Shown here piece by piece: positions 9,359 to 19,488 of a stretch of 62,822 nucleotides of DNA. A program made the position numbers and the translations under genes. Position 1 is the stretch's first letter, and each line of letters opens with the position of its first letter. Source of the stretch: Chloroflexota bacterium (GTDB taxonomy: Bacteria > Chloroflexota > UBA6077 > JACCZL01); contig JAUJPG010000033.1 of the NCBI GenBank assembly GCA_030447245.1, forward strand, positions 1-62,822, written 5' to 3'. The notes beneath the pieces were generated by a model. The model was given only the letters and a program-made list of their open reading frames with translations, was not told where the DNA came from and searched no databases.

Positions 9359-9451
9359 ACCGTCTCGCCAGGAGGCCGACTCGTGGGTGAGCGTCGCGAT
9401 GTCGACGAGCCCGGATCGCCAGGGCCCCGTCGGCCCTGGCCCGCCGTTCGG

Positions 9452-10530
9452 TCACGCGAACCCGCGCGCCCTGCCCGGAGCAGCTCGCAGCACAGAAAGA
9501 GCACGGCCGGGCCGATCCGCACGTACTCCTTGTCGCCTTGTCGTGGGCAGGATGGCCCGACATGACCCGGCTCGGTAAGCCGCGCGGTCTAGTCGGACGC
9601 TGACGAGCCACGGCCTCGGATCCGCATCGGAGTCCGACTCCGTGTCCGTGGCGACCCCGACCCCCTCGCCGACGGGAGCCACCCGGACCGTGGCTCGGTG
9701 CGACCCGACTGGCAACATACGGCTGCTCGAACCGCTTGTTGGACTCGTCTTGCTCGAAGATGCCCCGCGGCTCGTCGACCACCGCCGCCAGTCGGTGCTC
9801 GCCGGACGCCGGCAGCGGCGTCTCGACGCACAGCTCGCGGACCCCGGCGCGCGGAGCCCGCCTGCCTGCGCCCGTCCGTTGGGCGGGATGACGCCGTCAA
9901 CGTGGAGGGCAGTTTCGAAGGGTCCGGCATCCAGGACGCCGGGCGTTCTGCACCGCCATGCAGACGAGCTGGTCGGTGGTCCCCGGCAGGTCGTGGACCT
10001 TGATGCCAACGGGACGCAGGTCCGGCAGGGGACGGGGCGAAACTCGTAATCAACCGAGTAGTACACTGGCTTGAAGCCGAATCCAGGTGGGAAAAATGAG
10101 CTCCAGCCAACGGTCCCGCGCTCGGAGAACGTACGCCCGAGAGGGCCCCAACCATTCTCCATCACAAGACGTCCGCCCAGATGCCCCATCCCGTCATCGA
10201 GAGCAGGGTCCTTCTCTACCGCGGATGTCCCCCAGCCGTAGCGACGGTTCGCAAAGAGCGGGATTCCGTATGCCGCGCCGACCGATGGATCCCCAATGAC
10301 ATCCCCTGATGCTGGGACCGCCCGATTGGGTGTCAGCACCGTGCCGTCGGTGACGGAGCTCTCGTAGGTTCCCTCGGCGAGGATCCTGGTGCACCCCGGG
10401 AAATAGTCTGGAACATCCGGGATGGACGTCAAGCGGGCATCCTCAACGATCTCGTACACCCTGGCCGTGAGCGCGAACTCCCCTTCCCCAGTCCTGATCG
10501 TCGTGGATCTCGACACGCTTGATGACCATC
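9452..10530 (-). CDS. CARDB-like (Ig-fold) domain protein, multiply frameshifted
   Basis: Joining frames gives approximately 'PDLRPVGIKV...CMAVQNAGVLDAGPFETAL...AAVVDEPRGIFEQDESN', a CARDB-like pattern; N-terminal 'VEIHDDQDW/GEGEF'. Boundaries approximate. Confidence 0.5.
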
Positions 10531-10826
10531 TGTATGCGCGCCTCTCAGGGGCGAGTGTCGCGGCGCGCTCTGCGCTCGTCGTCGCGGACGGCCAGGCCCC
10601 ACGAGCCCGCGCGGCCCGGCCGACCATGTTAGATCCACCCGTCACGGCAGGGCTGACAGGGCACTGGAGTGGAGCGGCACCAGCCCGCCCGGCGTGGCTT
10701 CGCCGTTGCGAGCAGGGTAGTATGCAGGCCGCCTCTGACGGGGATGCGATTCGCTGGGCGGAGCGGGCTTGCCCGCCACACTCATGCTCTCCCAGAGGGA
10801 GAGGAGATCTAGGGTAGGAGGTCGCC

Positions 10827-11961
10827 GTGCCACAGCCGTACACCGCGGTCGGGCTGATCCCGACCGTTCGAGGGATTCGTAACCGCTCCGAGATCCAGCG
10901 CAATCTCGAGCACATTTCGCACTTGATCAAGGCGGCGTCGTGGCTATCCAGCCTGGACCTACCCGTCCGGCTGATCGCCATCCCCGAGGGCGGCTTGCAG
11001 GCCTTCAACGACGAGGTCATGGACCTCGACCATGCGACCTTCGCCAACACCTGTGCAATCGACATCCCCGGCCCCGAGACCGACTACATCGCCGACCTTG
11101 CCAAGCTTTGGAACGCCTACATCATGGGTCAGGCCAAGGCCCGGCACGAGGCGTTTCCGGGATCGCTTCTTCAACGTCGGCTTCGCGATCAGCCCGCGGG
11201 GTGAGATCGTCCTGAAACACTACAAGCTGTCGACGCTGTACCCGGTCGAGCACTCGGTCACGCCGCACGACGTCTGGGACACCTGGATCGAGCTGTACGG
11301 GCGGAACCTGGACGCGTTTTTCCCGGTCGCCAGGACCGAGATTGGCAATCTCGCGGTGATGATGGCGAACGAGGGATCGTACCCGGAGAATGCCCGCGCG
11401 CTGGCCATGAACGGCGCCGAGGTGGTGTACCGCGCGTCGTACCCGCACCCGCACACCGGCAACGAGTTTTTCGAGATCCAGTCTCGCGCCCGGGCGCTCG
11501 ACAACAACTTCTACGTCGTCGCCCCAAACCTGGCAACGTACTATCTGGACGCCGACTCCGAGCTACCGATCGACACCTTCGGCGGACGGTCGTACATCAT
11601 CGACTACAAGGGACGGATCGTGGGCCAGCACCTGTACGGGGCCGGCTCGTCCTACGTCGCCGGCACGATCGACGTCGATGCGATGCGCCACCACCGCACG
11701 TCGGCCCAATGGGACAACTGGATGAAGGACCTCCGGACCGAGCTGTATCAGATGGTCTACGAGGAGCCGATCTACCCGAAGAACCTGTATGCCGAGCGTG
11801 CTCCGTTCACGCATGCCGAGTTCAAGCGCGAGGTCATCGACACCCAAATCGCACTGATGATCGAGCGCGGCATCTGGCAGCGCCCGTCCGCCTACGGCGA
11901 CGGCTCCCACAACGGCGCGGCCGGAGCATCGAAACCGAGGCGTGGGCGGAAGCGGTCGTAG
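10827..11961 (+). CDS. Nitrilase-superfamily carbon-nitrogen hydrolase (one frameshift at ~11160)
   Basis: 'IAIPEG' (Glu), 'HYK' (Lys), 'MMANEGSYPE..R.LAMNGAE', 'RARALDN'; an extra G in the GGG run at ~11160 joins ORFs 10827..11204 and 11032..11961; AGGAGG RBS. Confidence 0.85.
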
Positions 11962-11989
11962 CCATTCGACGCGTACGCCGGCCGGCCCG

Positions 11990-13348
11990 GTGATCCTCCT
12001 ACGCGGCGGATTGATCGTCACCGTGGACCCGGGGCGGCGGATCATCGCCGACGGCGCCATTGCGATCCGTCGGGGTGAGATCATCGCCGTCGGCAAAGAT
12101 GCCGAGGTCGCGCCGCGCTTCGCCGAGGCCGAAACGATAGATGTCTCCGGGTCCGTGGTGACGCCCGGCTTCGTCGACGCGCACATCCACGTCACCGAGC
12201 ACCTCTGGCGCGGGTGGGTTCCGGATGACGCCGGGGTGGACGAGTGGCTCCCCAGGTGGCTCTTGCCGGTCTACAACCTCGTGCCGCCCGAGGGCGAGCA
12301 CGTCGCCGCGCTGCTCGCCCAGGTGGAGATGGTGCGTAGCGGGACGACAACGTTCGCCGACGCTGGAACGATCTTCGATTGGCGGGCCGTTGCGAGTGCC
12401 GTGCAGACGCTCGGTATGCGCGCGGTCCTGGCCAGATGGAGCGCCGACAGCGCACCCTGGCCGGGGCGTACGGTGCGCCCGACGCGGCAGGTGCTCGGCG
12501 AGCTGGAGGAGCTCCTGCAAGGCGTCACCGCGCTGGACGACGCGCGGATCGGGGCCTGGCCGGTCGTACTCGGCATCGGCGCCTGCTCGGACGAGTTGAT
12601 CCGGGAGGCCAAAGCGCTCGCGGAGAGGCATCGGACCGGCTTTGGGATGATGTTCGCGGCCAATCGGCAGCAGTACGTGGGGGGCGAGGCCTACGGCGTG
12701 AGCCACCTGGACCGCCTGGGGGTGCTCGACGCGCGAACCAAGCTCGTCCACGTCGTCTACGTCGACGACGCGGACGTCGACCTCCTCGCCGAGCGGCGCA
12801 CGAAGGTCGTCTTCTGCCCGACGCCGGCGCTGCACCATCAGAAAGGGATCTCCCGGTATGGCAAGCACCCGGAGATGCTCGCGCGCGGCGTGACCGTCGC
12901 GCTCGGGAGTGACAGCGCCAACGGCTCGAACCACGCCAACATGGTGCGCCTGATGTGGCTGGCCGCGAACGTCTACAAGGATGCGCGCATGGACACGCGG
13001 ATGATCCCGGCCGAGACGGCGATCGAGATGGCCACGATCAACGGCGCCCGCGTGCTCGGCCTGGAGGATCGGATTGGCTCGATCGAGCCTGGCAAGCGCG
13101 CCGACCTCGTCGTCTGGGACACCGAGGAGCCTACCTGGCGTCCGCTCCTGAACGTGACCCACAACCTCGTCCACGCCACCGACGGCCGGAGCGTGCGGCT
13201 GGTCCTGGTCGACGGCCGCGTCATCTACCGCGACGGCCAGTTCCCCAGCCTCGACACCCGCCAGCTCTACGCCGAGGCCGACCGTCTCGCTCGCGAGACG
13301 ATCGCCCAGGCCGGACTGCCAATTCCGAGCAGGTGGCCGCTGGTGTGA
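11990..13348 (+). CDS. Amidohydrolase, MtaD/AtzA/chlorohydrolase-like
   Basis: 'PGFVDAHIH', 'SGTTT', 'LVH', 'LGSD', 'MATINGA', 'GSIEPGKRADL'. Confidence 0.88.
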   Translation: MILLRGGLIVTVDPGRRIIADGAIAIRRGEIIAVGKDAEVAPRFAEAETIDVSGSVVTPGFVDAHIHVTEHLWRGWVPDDAGVDEWLPRWLLPVYNLVPPEGEHVAALLAQVEMVRSGTTTFADAGTIFDWRAVASAVQTLGMRAVLARWSADSAPWPGRTVRPTRQVLGELEELLQGVTALDDARIGAWPVVLGIGACSDELIREAKALAERHRTGFGMMFAANRQQYVGGEAYGVSHLDRLGVLDARTKLVHVVYVDDADVDLLAERRTKVVFCPTPALHHQKGISRYGKHPEMLARGVTVALGSDSANGSNHANMVRLMWLAANVYKDARMDTRMIPAETAIEMATINGARVLGLEDRIGSIEPGKRADLVVWDTEEPTWRPLLNVTHNLVHATDGRSVRLVLVDGRVIYRDGQFPSLDTRQLYAEADRLARETIAQAGLPIPSRWPLV

Positions 13349-13481
13349 GGCGACTCCACCCACCCACCGTCAACGGTCGGCGTCGGATCGCTGACTCTGC
13401 GCGGCCTCGCAGGAGCGTCGTCCCAGCAGTTCTGCACGATGTCGGGCCGCATGCTCGTCGCCTCTTTGCTGGACCGCTCGG

Positions 13482-14177
13482 CTAGAGGCGCGTGCGGACA
13501 TCCCAGAGCTCAGGAAACGCTTTGTGGTTCAAGGCCTCGGCGAGGTACTCGACCCCGCTGGTGCCGCCGGTGCCGGCGCGGGCGCCGATCGTCCGCTCGG
13601 CGATCCGGACGTGGGCAGCGGTCAGCATCCAGAACGTCTCTGAGATGTCGACGAGCGCCTCGGCGACGCGGTAGAGCGCGCCGGCCCGCGCCGGCTGCTG
13701 GTAGAGCTGCTCCAGCGACAGCGCGCGGCGCTCAATGGCGCGGGCGAATACGTCGTACAGCGGGCTGCTAGTGCGCGGACGCACGCCAAGCACCTTTTCG
13801 ACCACCCGGAACTGGGCCGACTCGGCGCCGCTGGCCTCTCCGAGGTAGGGCCTGAAAGCCAGGAACGTATGCGGAGGCAGGTGATCGAACAAGACCATCT
13901 GCTGGATAAGCAGACGGTGAATCGCCGTCACCCGTGAGAGATGGTCGAGCGCGACCTCGAGCTCAGGCTCATCTCGTGCTAACGCCGCGCGCGCTAGCTC
14001 CAGGTCGAGCAGCTCCTGCTTGAACCACAGCTCGAACGCCTGGTGGACGACGATGAAGAAGTGTTCCGCGGCGCGAACCTGGGGGCCGAGATCGTCCGGG
14101 CTGAGCGGCGCCTGCGCCCCGAGTATCCGGTCGAGTTGCAGGTAGCCCGCGTACGTAACGGCGTTCGAAGCGTCCAT
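13482..14177 (-). CDS. kynA: Tryptophan 2,3-dioxygenase
   Basis: 'YAGYLQLDRIL', 'EHFFIVVHQAFELWFK', 'SGAESAQFR', 'ERTIG...GTGGTSGVEYL', 'FPELW.VR'. Confidence 0.9.
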   Translation of the reverse strand: MDASNAVTYAGYLQLDRILGAQAPLSPDDLGPQVRAAEHFFIVVHQAFELWFKQELLDLELARAALARDEPELEVALDHLSRVTAIHRLLIQQMVLFDHLPPHTFLAFRPYLGEASGAESAQFRVVEKVLGVRPRTSSPLYDVFARAIERRALSLEQLYQQPARAGALYRVAEALVDISETFWMLTAAHVRIAERTIGARAGTGGTSGVEYLAEALNHKAFPELWDVRTRL

Positions 14178-14186
14178 CCGAGCCTC

Positions 14187-14996
14187 CTACGTCTCGAGCA
14201 GCGGCAGCACGGCGTCGACGATCGACGGCCATGGTTGTACGCGTGGGTCGATCACCGCGAAGTGGTCGGAGCCGGGCAACGTCAGCAGTCGAACATCGTC
14301 GCCCGCCTCGATGGCTCGGGCGTGATACCGCTCGCTGATCTCGAACGGGACGTTCGCATCTGCCGTCCCGTGGACCAGCGCTTGTGGCACGCCGAGCGGG
14401 AGCAGCTCGATCGGCGACGCGGCCCGATATCGGTCAGAGTGGCGAGCGGGCGCCCCGCCAAGAAACTCCTCGACGACCCCATCGCTCAAGCCGAGCTCCC
14501 ACGCTCGACGTAGGTCAACCACACCGGCCAGCGAGACCGCGCCCCGTAGCGGCGTCGACGCCGGAGTGAAGGCTGATTCGGCGTTCGGAATCCTGTGCCG
14601 GGCGGCAAGCCAGAGCGCCAGGTGGCCGCCGGCCGAGTGGCCGATCGAGGCGACTCGGCCGAGATCCAGGTCCCAGGACTCGGCCATCAGCTGCAGCGCG
14701 TCGACGCCTGCCGCGACGTCCTGGAACGTCCCCGGCCAGCCCCCACCAAGGTTGCCGAGTCGCCGGTACTCCAGGCTCCAGGTGGCTATGCCGCGAGCGG
14801 TGAGGTCGGCACACAGATGGCCGATGTGGTCCAGGCTGTAGCGCGCGCGCCAGAAACCGCCATGCATGACGACCAGGACCGGATGTGGGCCGGCGCCGCC
14901 CGGACGCCGCAGGTCGCCGAACTGGTTCGGGTCTGGCCCGTACGGCAGGCGGGCATCGGCGGCCGGCGGCTCGAGTTCCAGGATGTCGCGACTCAC
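14187..14996 (-). CDS. Alpha/beta hydrolase (HSL-like; candidate kynurenine formamidase)
   Basis: 'HGGFW', 'GHSAGG', 'HGTAD..VP', 'DHF'; 9 bp upstream of kynA. Confidence 0.85.
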   Translation of the reverse strand: MSRDILELEPPAADARLPYGPDPNQFGDLRRPGGAGPHPVLVVMHGGFWRARYSLDHIGHLCADLTARGIATWSLEYRRLGNLGGGWPGTFQDVAAGVDALQLMAESWDLDLGRVASIGHSAGGHLALWLAARHRIPNAESAFTPASTPLRGAVSLAGVVDLRRAWELGLSDGVVEEFLGGAPARHSDRYRAASPIELLPLGVPQALVHGTADANVPFEISERYHARAIEAGDDVRLLTLPGSDHFAVIDPRVQPWPSIVDAVLPLLET

Positions 14997-15262
14997 GGAT
15001 GCCTCTCCCGGTCTGCTGCCCGATGCACGGCGCCAGAGGTTGAGTCAGTGTAGCTGGGGTAGCCGCCGCGCGCAGCATGCGCGACGAACAGCGAGGCCCG
15101 CCTCACCCGGCCTCCCCCAAGGAGTGCGTCCGAGCACGTCGACAACCTCCACCAATTCAGCTATTACATGCACCATGCAAGCTCCAGCGCCACTAGAGCG
15201 CGCGGGAGAACGAGCATGTCCCACGCCCGACGGCGGTCGTTGCGGATTGGAAGGATGACCTG

Positions 15263-16669
15263 ATGAGGTACGAGAAGGAAGTCCCGGTCGTCGCCGAAGC
15301 GGACGTCCTGGTCGTTGGCGGCGGGCCGGCCGGGATCGCCGCGGCTGTGTCGGCCGGACGGAACGGCGCCAGGACGGTGCTTGTCGAGCGATTCGGCTTT
15401 TTGGGCGGCAACGCCACGGCCGGGCTGGTTGGCCCATTCATGACCTCGTACAGCCTGGACGGCAAGCAGCAATTGATCCGCGGCGTCTTCGAGGAGCTGG
15501 TTGAGCGGGCCGAGGCGCTTGGCGGCGCGATCCACCCGTCCAAGGTAGGGGTCGGCGAGTTCTCCGGCTTCATCTCCTACGGCCACCACAAGGTCACGCC
15601 GTTCGATCCCGAGGCGGTCAAGCTAGTCGCGGCCGAGATGTGCTTGGAAGCCGGGGTCGAGCTGCGGCTCCACACCTTCATGGTCGACACCCTGGTGGAG
15701 GGGGATGGCGTCGGGGGGGTGATCGTTGCCAGCAAGTCCGGTCTTGAAGCGATCAAGGCCAGGGTGACCGTCGACTGCTCGGCCGATGCCGACGTCGCCG
15801 CGCGGGCCGGCGCGGCGTTCCACCAGGGGCGCGAATCGGATGGACTGACCCAGCCGATGACCCTGTTCTTCCGGGTGGCGAACGTCGACGACGCGCGGGT
15901 CATCGCCTACATGGCAGAGCACACCGACGACCGCCGTCCGTACGCGTCAATCGTCCGCGAGGCACGTGAGCGCGGCGAGTTCCCGATCCCGCGCGAAGGG
16001 ATCGGGATCTACCGCACGCCCCAGCCCGGCATCTGGCGGCTCAACTCGACCCGTCTCCAACGCCTCGACGGCACGAGTGTTCAGGATCTGACCAAGGCCG
16101 AGATTGAAGGTCGACGCCAGGTCATGTTCCTGCTCCGCTTCCTGCGCGAGCGTTGCCCGGGCTTCGAGGAGTCGACGCTGCTCGACACCGCGGCGATGAT
16201 CGGCGTCCGCGAAACCCGGCGAATCGTCGGCGAGTACACGCTGACCGCCGAGGACCTTGCATCCGGGCGCGAGTTCGACGACGTGATCGCCCTGTGCGGC
16301 TACCCGATCGACCTCCACAGCCCGGACGGCAGCGGGGGCGGCGCGACCGGCGAGCTCGAGGTGGCGAACGTCTACCAGATTCCGTACCGCTGCCTGGTGC
16401 CGGCCGACGTCGATCGGCTGCTCGTGGCCGGACGGTGCGTGTCTGCGAGTCACGAGGCGCTCGGGGCGATCCGGGTCATGCCGCCGTCGTTCGCAATGGG
16501 CCAGGCGGCGGGGACGGCCGCCGCGTTGGCGGTCGCCGAGGGGGTTCAGCCCAGGAAGCTGCCGATTCCCTGGCTTCAGGAGACGCTGACCCAACGGGGT
16601 GCCTTCTTGGGCGAGAACGTTGCCAGGCAGGTCCGCGACGCAGCAGGAACAGCGCTGCGTGGCGGGTGA
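15263..16669 (+). CDS. FAD-dependent oxidoreductase (FAD_oxidored/PF12831-like)
   Basis: 'VVGGGPAG', 'LGGNATAG', 'GVRETRRI.G', 'YQIPYRCLVP', 'AGRCVS', 'MGQAAGTAAA'. Confidence 0.9.
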   Translation: MRYEKEVPVVAEADVLVVGGGPAGIAAAVSAGRNGARTVLVERFGFLGGNATAGLVGPFMTSYSLDGKQQLIRGVFEELVERAEALGGAIHPSKVGVGEFSGFISYGHHKVTPFDPEAVKLVAAEMCLEAGVELRLHTFMVDTLVEGDGVGGVIVASKSGLEAIKARVTVDCSADADVAARAGAAFHQGRESDGLTQPMTLFFRVANVDDARVIAYMAEHTDDRRPYASIVREARERGEFPIPREGIGIYRTPQPGIWRLNSTRLQRLDGTSVQDLTKAEIEGRRQVMFLLRFLRERCPGFEESTLLDTAAMIGVRETRRIVGEYTLTAEDLASGREFDDVIALCGYPIDLHSPDGSGGGATGELEVANVYQIPYRCLVPADVDRLLVAGRCVSASHEALGAIRVMPPSFAMGQAAGTAAALAVAEGVQPRKLPIPWLQETLTQRGAFLGENVARQVRDAAGTALRGG

Positions 16670-16793
16670 CGACGGGTACCATGCGATGGCGGACCCGGCG
16701 AGAGCACACCGCGCCGGGCCAGATGGAGGACGACCGAAAGGCGGTTCCTCTCGGGACATCTTTTCGCAGTGATCGACGGCAGAGGGAGGGCAC

Positions 16794-18518
16794 GTGCTGA
16801 TGGTGACACGATGGTGGGATGACTCTTCGGATCGGCGGCCAGCCACGTCCGCCCCACCGAGTAGGCCGGATCGGCGCAAGTTTCTGAAGCTCGCGTCGTC
16901 GCTGCTTGCCGTTGGCTCGGCGACGGGGCTGGCTGCCGCCTGCGCTCCGGCGGCGACTCCCGCGAGCAAGCCGGCCGACGCCAAGCCGACCGAGGCTGCC
17001 AAGGCCGCCGCCCCGGCCCCGACGGCCGCGCCGGCCGTCCAGGCGGCGCCGGCGACTGCCGCGCCCAAGCCCGCCGAGGTCGCCAAACCGGCCGCGCGCG
17101 TTCCGTCCGGTGAGATCAAGGTCCTGTTGCCGACCAAGACGACAACGCTCGACCCGCACGGCGCGCAGTCGGTCGACACGATCACCTTCACCGCGACCCG
17201 TCACGTCATGGAAACGCTCGTCAATCGCGAGGCGGACGGAAGATTCGTCCCGAATCTAGCCGCGTCGTGGGAGAATCCAGACCCGACCACCTGGATCTTC
17301 AAGCTTCGCCCCGACGCCAGATTCCACGACGGCGCAAAGGTGACCGCGGCCGACTTCAAGGCATCGCTGGAGCGCGTGATCGCCGCCAAGGGCCCGCAGG
17401 CGCCGCTCTGGGCTGCAGTGGATGGCATCGAGACGCCCGACGAGGGAACGGTGCGGATCGTGACCAAGACTCCATCCGGGACCCTGCTGGCCAGCTCGAC
17501 GTTGTTGCTGATCGCGCCCGCGCGTGCATCGACCGAGGGCTTCTTCGCCAAGCCGATCGGCTCAGGGCCATTCAAGGTGGTCTCCTACCGGGAGGACGCC
17601 GACCTTCGACTGGAAGCGAATACCGACTACTGGGGCGGCCCGCCGGGGCTCCAGAACATGACCTTCCGCTATGTCCCCGAGGTCGCCGCGCGGGTGACCG
17701 CGCTCGAGACCGGCGAGGTCGACTTCACCTGGCAGCTCCCGCCGGACCAGCTCCCGGCGTTGCGGCGCAACCCCGATCTGAAGATCGACGAAGCGCCCTC
17801 CTACTCGTACTACTTTATCTGGATGAACGCCAGCCGCCCGCCGTTCACCGATGCGAAGGTGCGCCGCGCACTGGCTCACGCGCTCGACGTCGACACGATC
17901 GCCAAGGACTTGCTGGCAGGCGTCGGAAAGCGCGCGACGGCACCGATCCCGGAGAGCGTCTTCGGCTACGCGCCACAGACCCCATACGAGTACAGCCCGG
18001 ACAAGGCCAAGCAGCTGCTCGCTGAAGCCGGCCAGCCGAACGGGTTCGAGACGTCGATGATCTGGAACCCGAACTCTGGGCCCCAGGATCGGGAGCTGGT
18101 CCAGGCGATGCTGTCGTACTGGGCGGCGATTGGCGTCCGCGTCCGCAGTCAGGAGCTGGAGCGGGCCCAGTGGCTCGACAACTTGATCAAGCTCGACTGG
18201 GACATGGACTTCCAGACCAACTCGGTCACCACCGGCGACGCCGATTTCACGCTCAACCGGCTGTACCACTCGCGCGCGAACCGCAACGGGTACAAGAATC
18301 CAGAGCTGGACAAGCTGCTCGACGAGGCAGGATCCTCGACCGACCAGCAGCGGCGGGCTGATCTGTACGCCCAGGCCAATAAGATCATCTGGGAGGAGGC
18401 GCCGGGCATCTTCCCGTTCGAGCTCCTCGGCTCGTACGTCTACCGGAAGAGTTTGAGCGGCTTCGTGCCCCCGCCGAGCCAGACCCCGAGCTTCAACAAC
18501 GTGACCGTGCAGCGGTGA
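16794..18518 (+). CDS. ABC transporter substrate-binding lipoprotein, family 5 (peptide/nickel), Tat signal
   Basis: 'DRRKFLK' Tat motif, lipobox 'LAAAC', Ala/Pro linker, 'LAASWE', 'FHDG', 'GSGPF', 'VRRALAHA.D'. Confidence 0.92.
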   Translation: MLMVTRWWDDSSDRRPATSAPPSRPDRRKFLKLASSLLAVGSATGLAAACAPAATPASKPADAKPTEAAKAAAPAPTAAPAVQAAPATAAPKPAEVAKPAARVPSGEIKVLLPTKTTTLDPHGAQSVDTITFTATRHVMETLVNREADGRFVPNLAASWENPDPTTWIFKLRPDARFHDGAKVTAADFKASLERVIAAKGPQAPLWAAVDGIETPDEGTVRIVTKTPSGTLLASSTLLLIAPARASTEGFFAKPIGSGPFKVVSYREDADLRLEANTDYWGGPPGLQNMTFRYVPEVAARVTALETGEVDFTWQLPPDQLPALRRNPDLKIDEAPSYSYYFIWMNASRPPFTDAKVRRALAHALDVDTIAKDLLAGVGKRATAPIPESVFGYAPQTPYEYSPDKAKQLLAEAGQPNGFETSMIWNPNSGPQDRELVQAMLSYWAAIGVRVRSQELERAQWLDNLIKLDWDMDFQTNSVTTGDADFTLNRLYHSRANRNGYKNPELDKLLDEAGSSTDQQRRADLYAQANKIIWEEAPGIFPFELLGSYVYRKSLSGFVPPPSQTPSFNNVTVQR

Positions 18519-18567
18519 ACGTGTAGACAGGAAACAGGCGCACGCCTACCTGTCTCGTTGAGGAGCT

Positions 18568-19488
18568 ATGGCCGCCTACATATTGCGCCGACTCGGCTAC
18601 TCGACCTTCGTTCTCTGGGGCGCACTCACGATCGTCTTCGCATCGATCCGACTGGCGCCTGGTGACCCGGCCCAGCTGATGCTCGGCACCGACGCATCTG
18701 CCCAAGACGTAGCCGCGCTGCGCCAGCGGCTGGGCCTCGATCGGCCGATCCCGATCCAGTATGGGCGCTACTTGCTCGATGCCCTGCGGCTCGACTTCGG
18801 CAGCTCGCTGCGGTTGGACCAGCCGGCTCTGCAGGCCGTCGCCGAGCGGCTCGGCGCGACAGCGCAGCTGGCGGCCAGTGCCATGCTCCTGGCGGTGTTA
18901 GTCTCATTTCCGCTCGGGATCTGGGCAGCTCTGCGCCCCCGCTCGATCGTCGACGGCATCGTCTCGGTCCTGTCGCTCCTCGGCCAATCGGTCCCCGGGT
19001 TCTGGCTCGGAATCATGTTCATCCTGTTGTTCGCCCGGCAGCTTCGCTGGCTGCCAAGCGCCGGGTCCGAGAGCTGGCTGCACCTGGTGCTGCCGGCGGT
19101 CACGCTGGCGCTCCCACTTGTCGGCGTGCTCACACGCTTGGTCCGCAGCGGTCTGCTCGACGTCCTCCACGAGGATTACATCCGAACCGCCCGTGCCAAG
19201 GGGCTCACCCCACGCTCGGTCGTCAGTCGCCATGCCCTGTTGAACACGCTGATCCCGATCATCACGCTGATCGGTCTCCAGCTCGGTCACCTGCTGGGCG
19301 GGGCGGTCATTGTGGAGACGGTCTTCGCCTGGCCGGGTGTTGGCCGGCTGCTCGTCGAAGCGATCACCAACCGCGACTACCCACTGGTCCAGGCCGCCAT
19401 CCTGATGGTCACGACCGGTTTCATCCTGATCAATTTCCTGGTTGACCTGAGCTACGGCTACCTGGACCCGCGGGTGCGCCTCAGATGA
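18568..19488 (+). CDS. ABC transporter permease (DppB/OppB-like)
   Basis: 'PGDPA', 'LGLDRP...QY', 'DYIRTARAKG', 'ETVFAWPGVG', 'RDYPLVQ'. Confidence 0.92.
   Translation: MAAYILRRLGYSTFVLWGALTIVFASIRLAPGDPAQLMLGTDASAQDVAALRQRLGLDRPIPIQYGRYLLDALRLDFGSSLRLDQPALQAVAERLGATAQLAASAMLLAVLVSFPLGIWAALRPRSIVDGIVSVLSLLGQSVPGFWLGIMFILLFARQLRWLPSAGSESWLHLVLPAVTLALPLVGVLTRLVRSGLLDVLHEDYIRTARAKGLTPRSVVSRHALLNTLIPIITLIGLQLGHLLGGAVIVETVFAWPGVGRLLVEAITNRDYPLVQAAILMVTTGFILINFLVDLSYGYLDPRVRLR

Noticed and set aside
10787-10803. CTCTCCC-AGA-GGGAGAG REP-like hairpin
   Set aside because: Single short copy; too little evidence beyond a possible repeat remnant.
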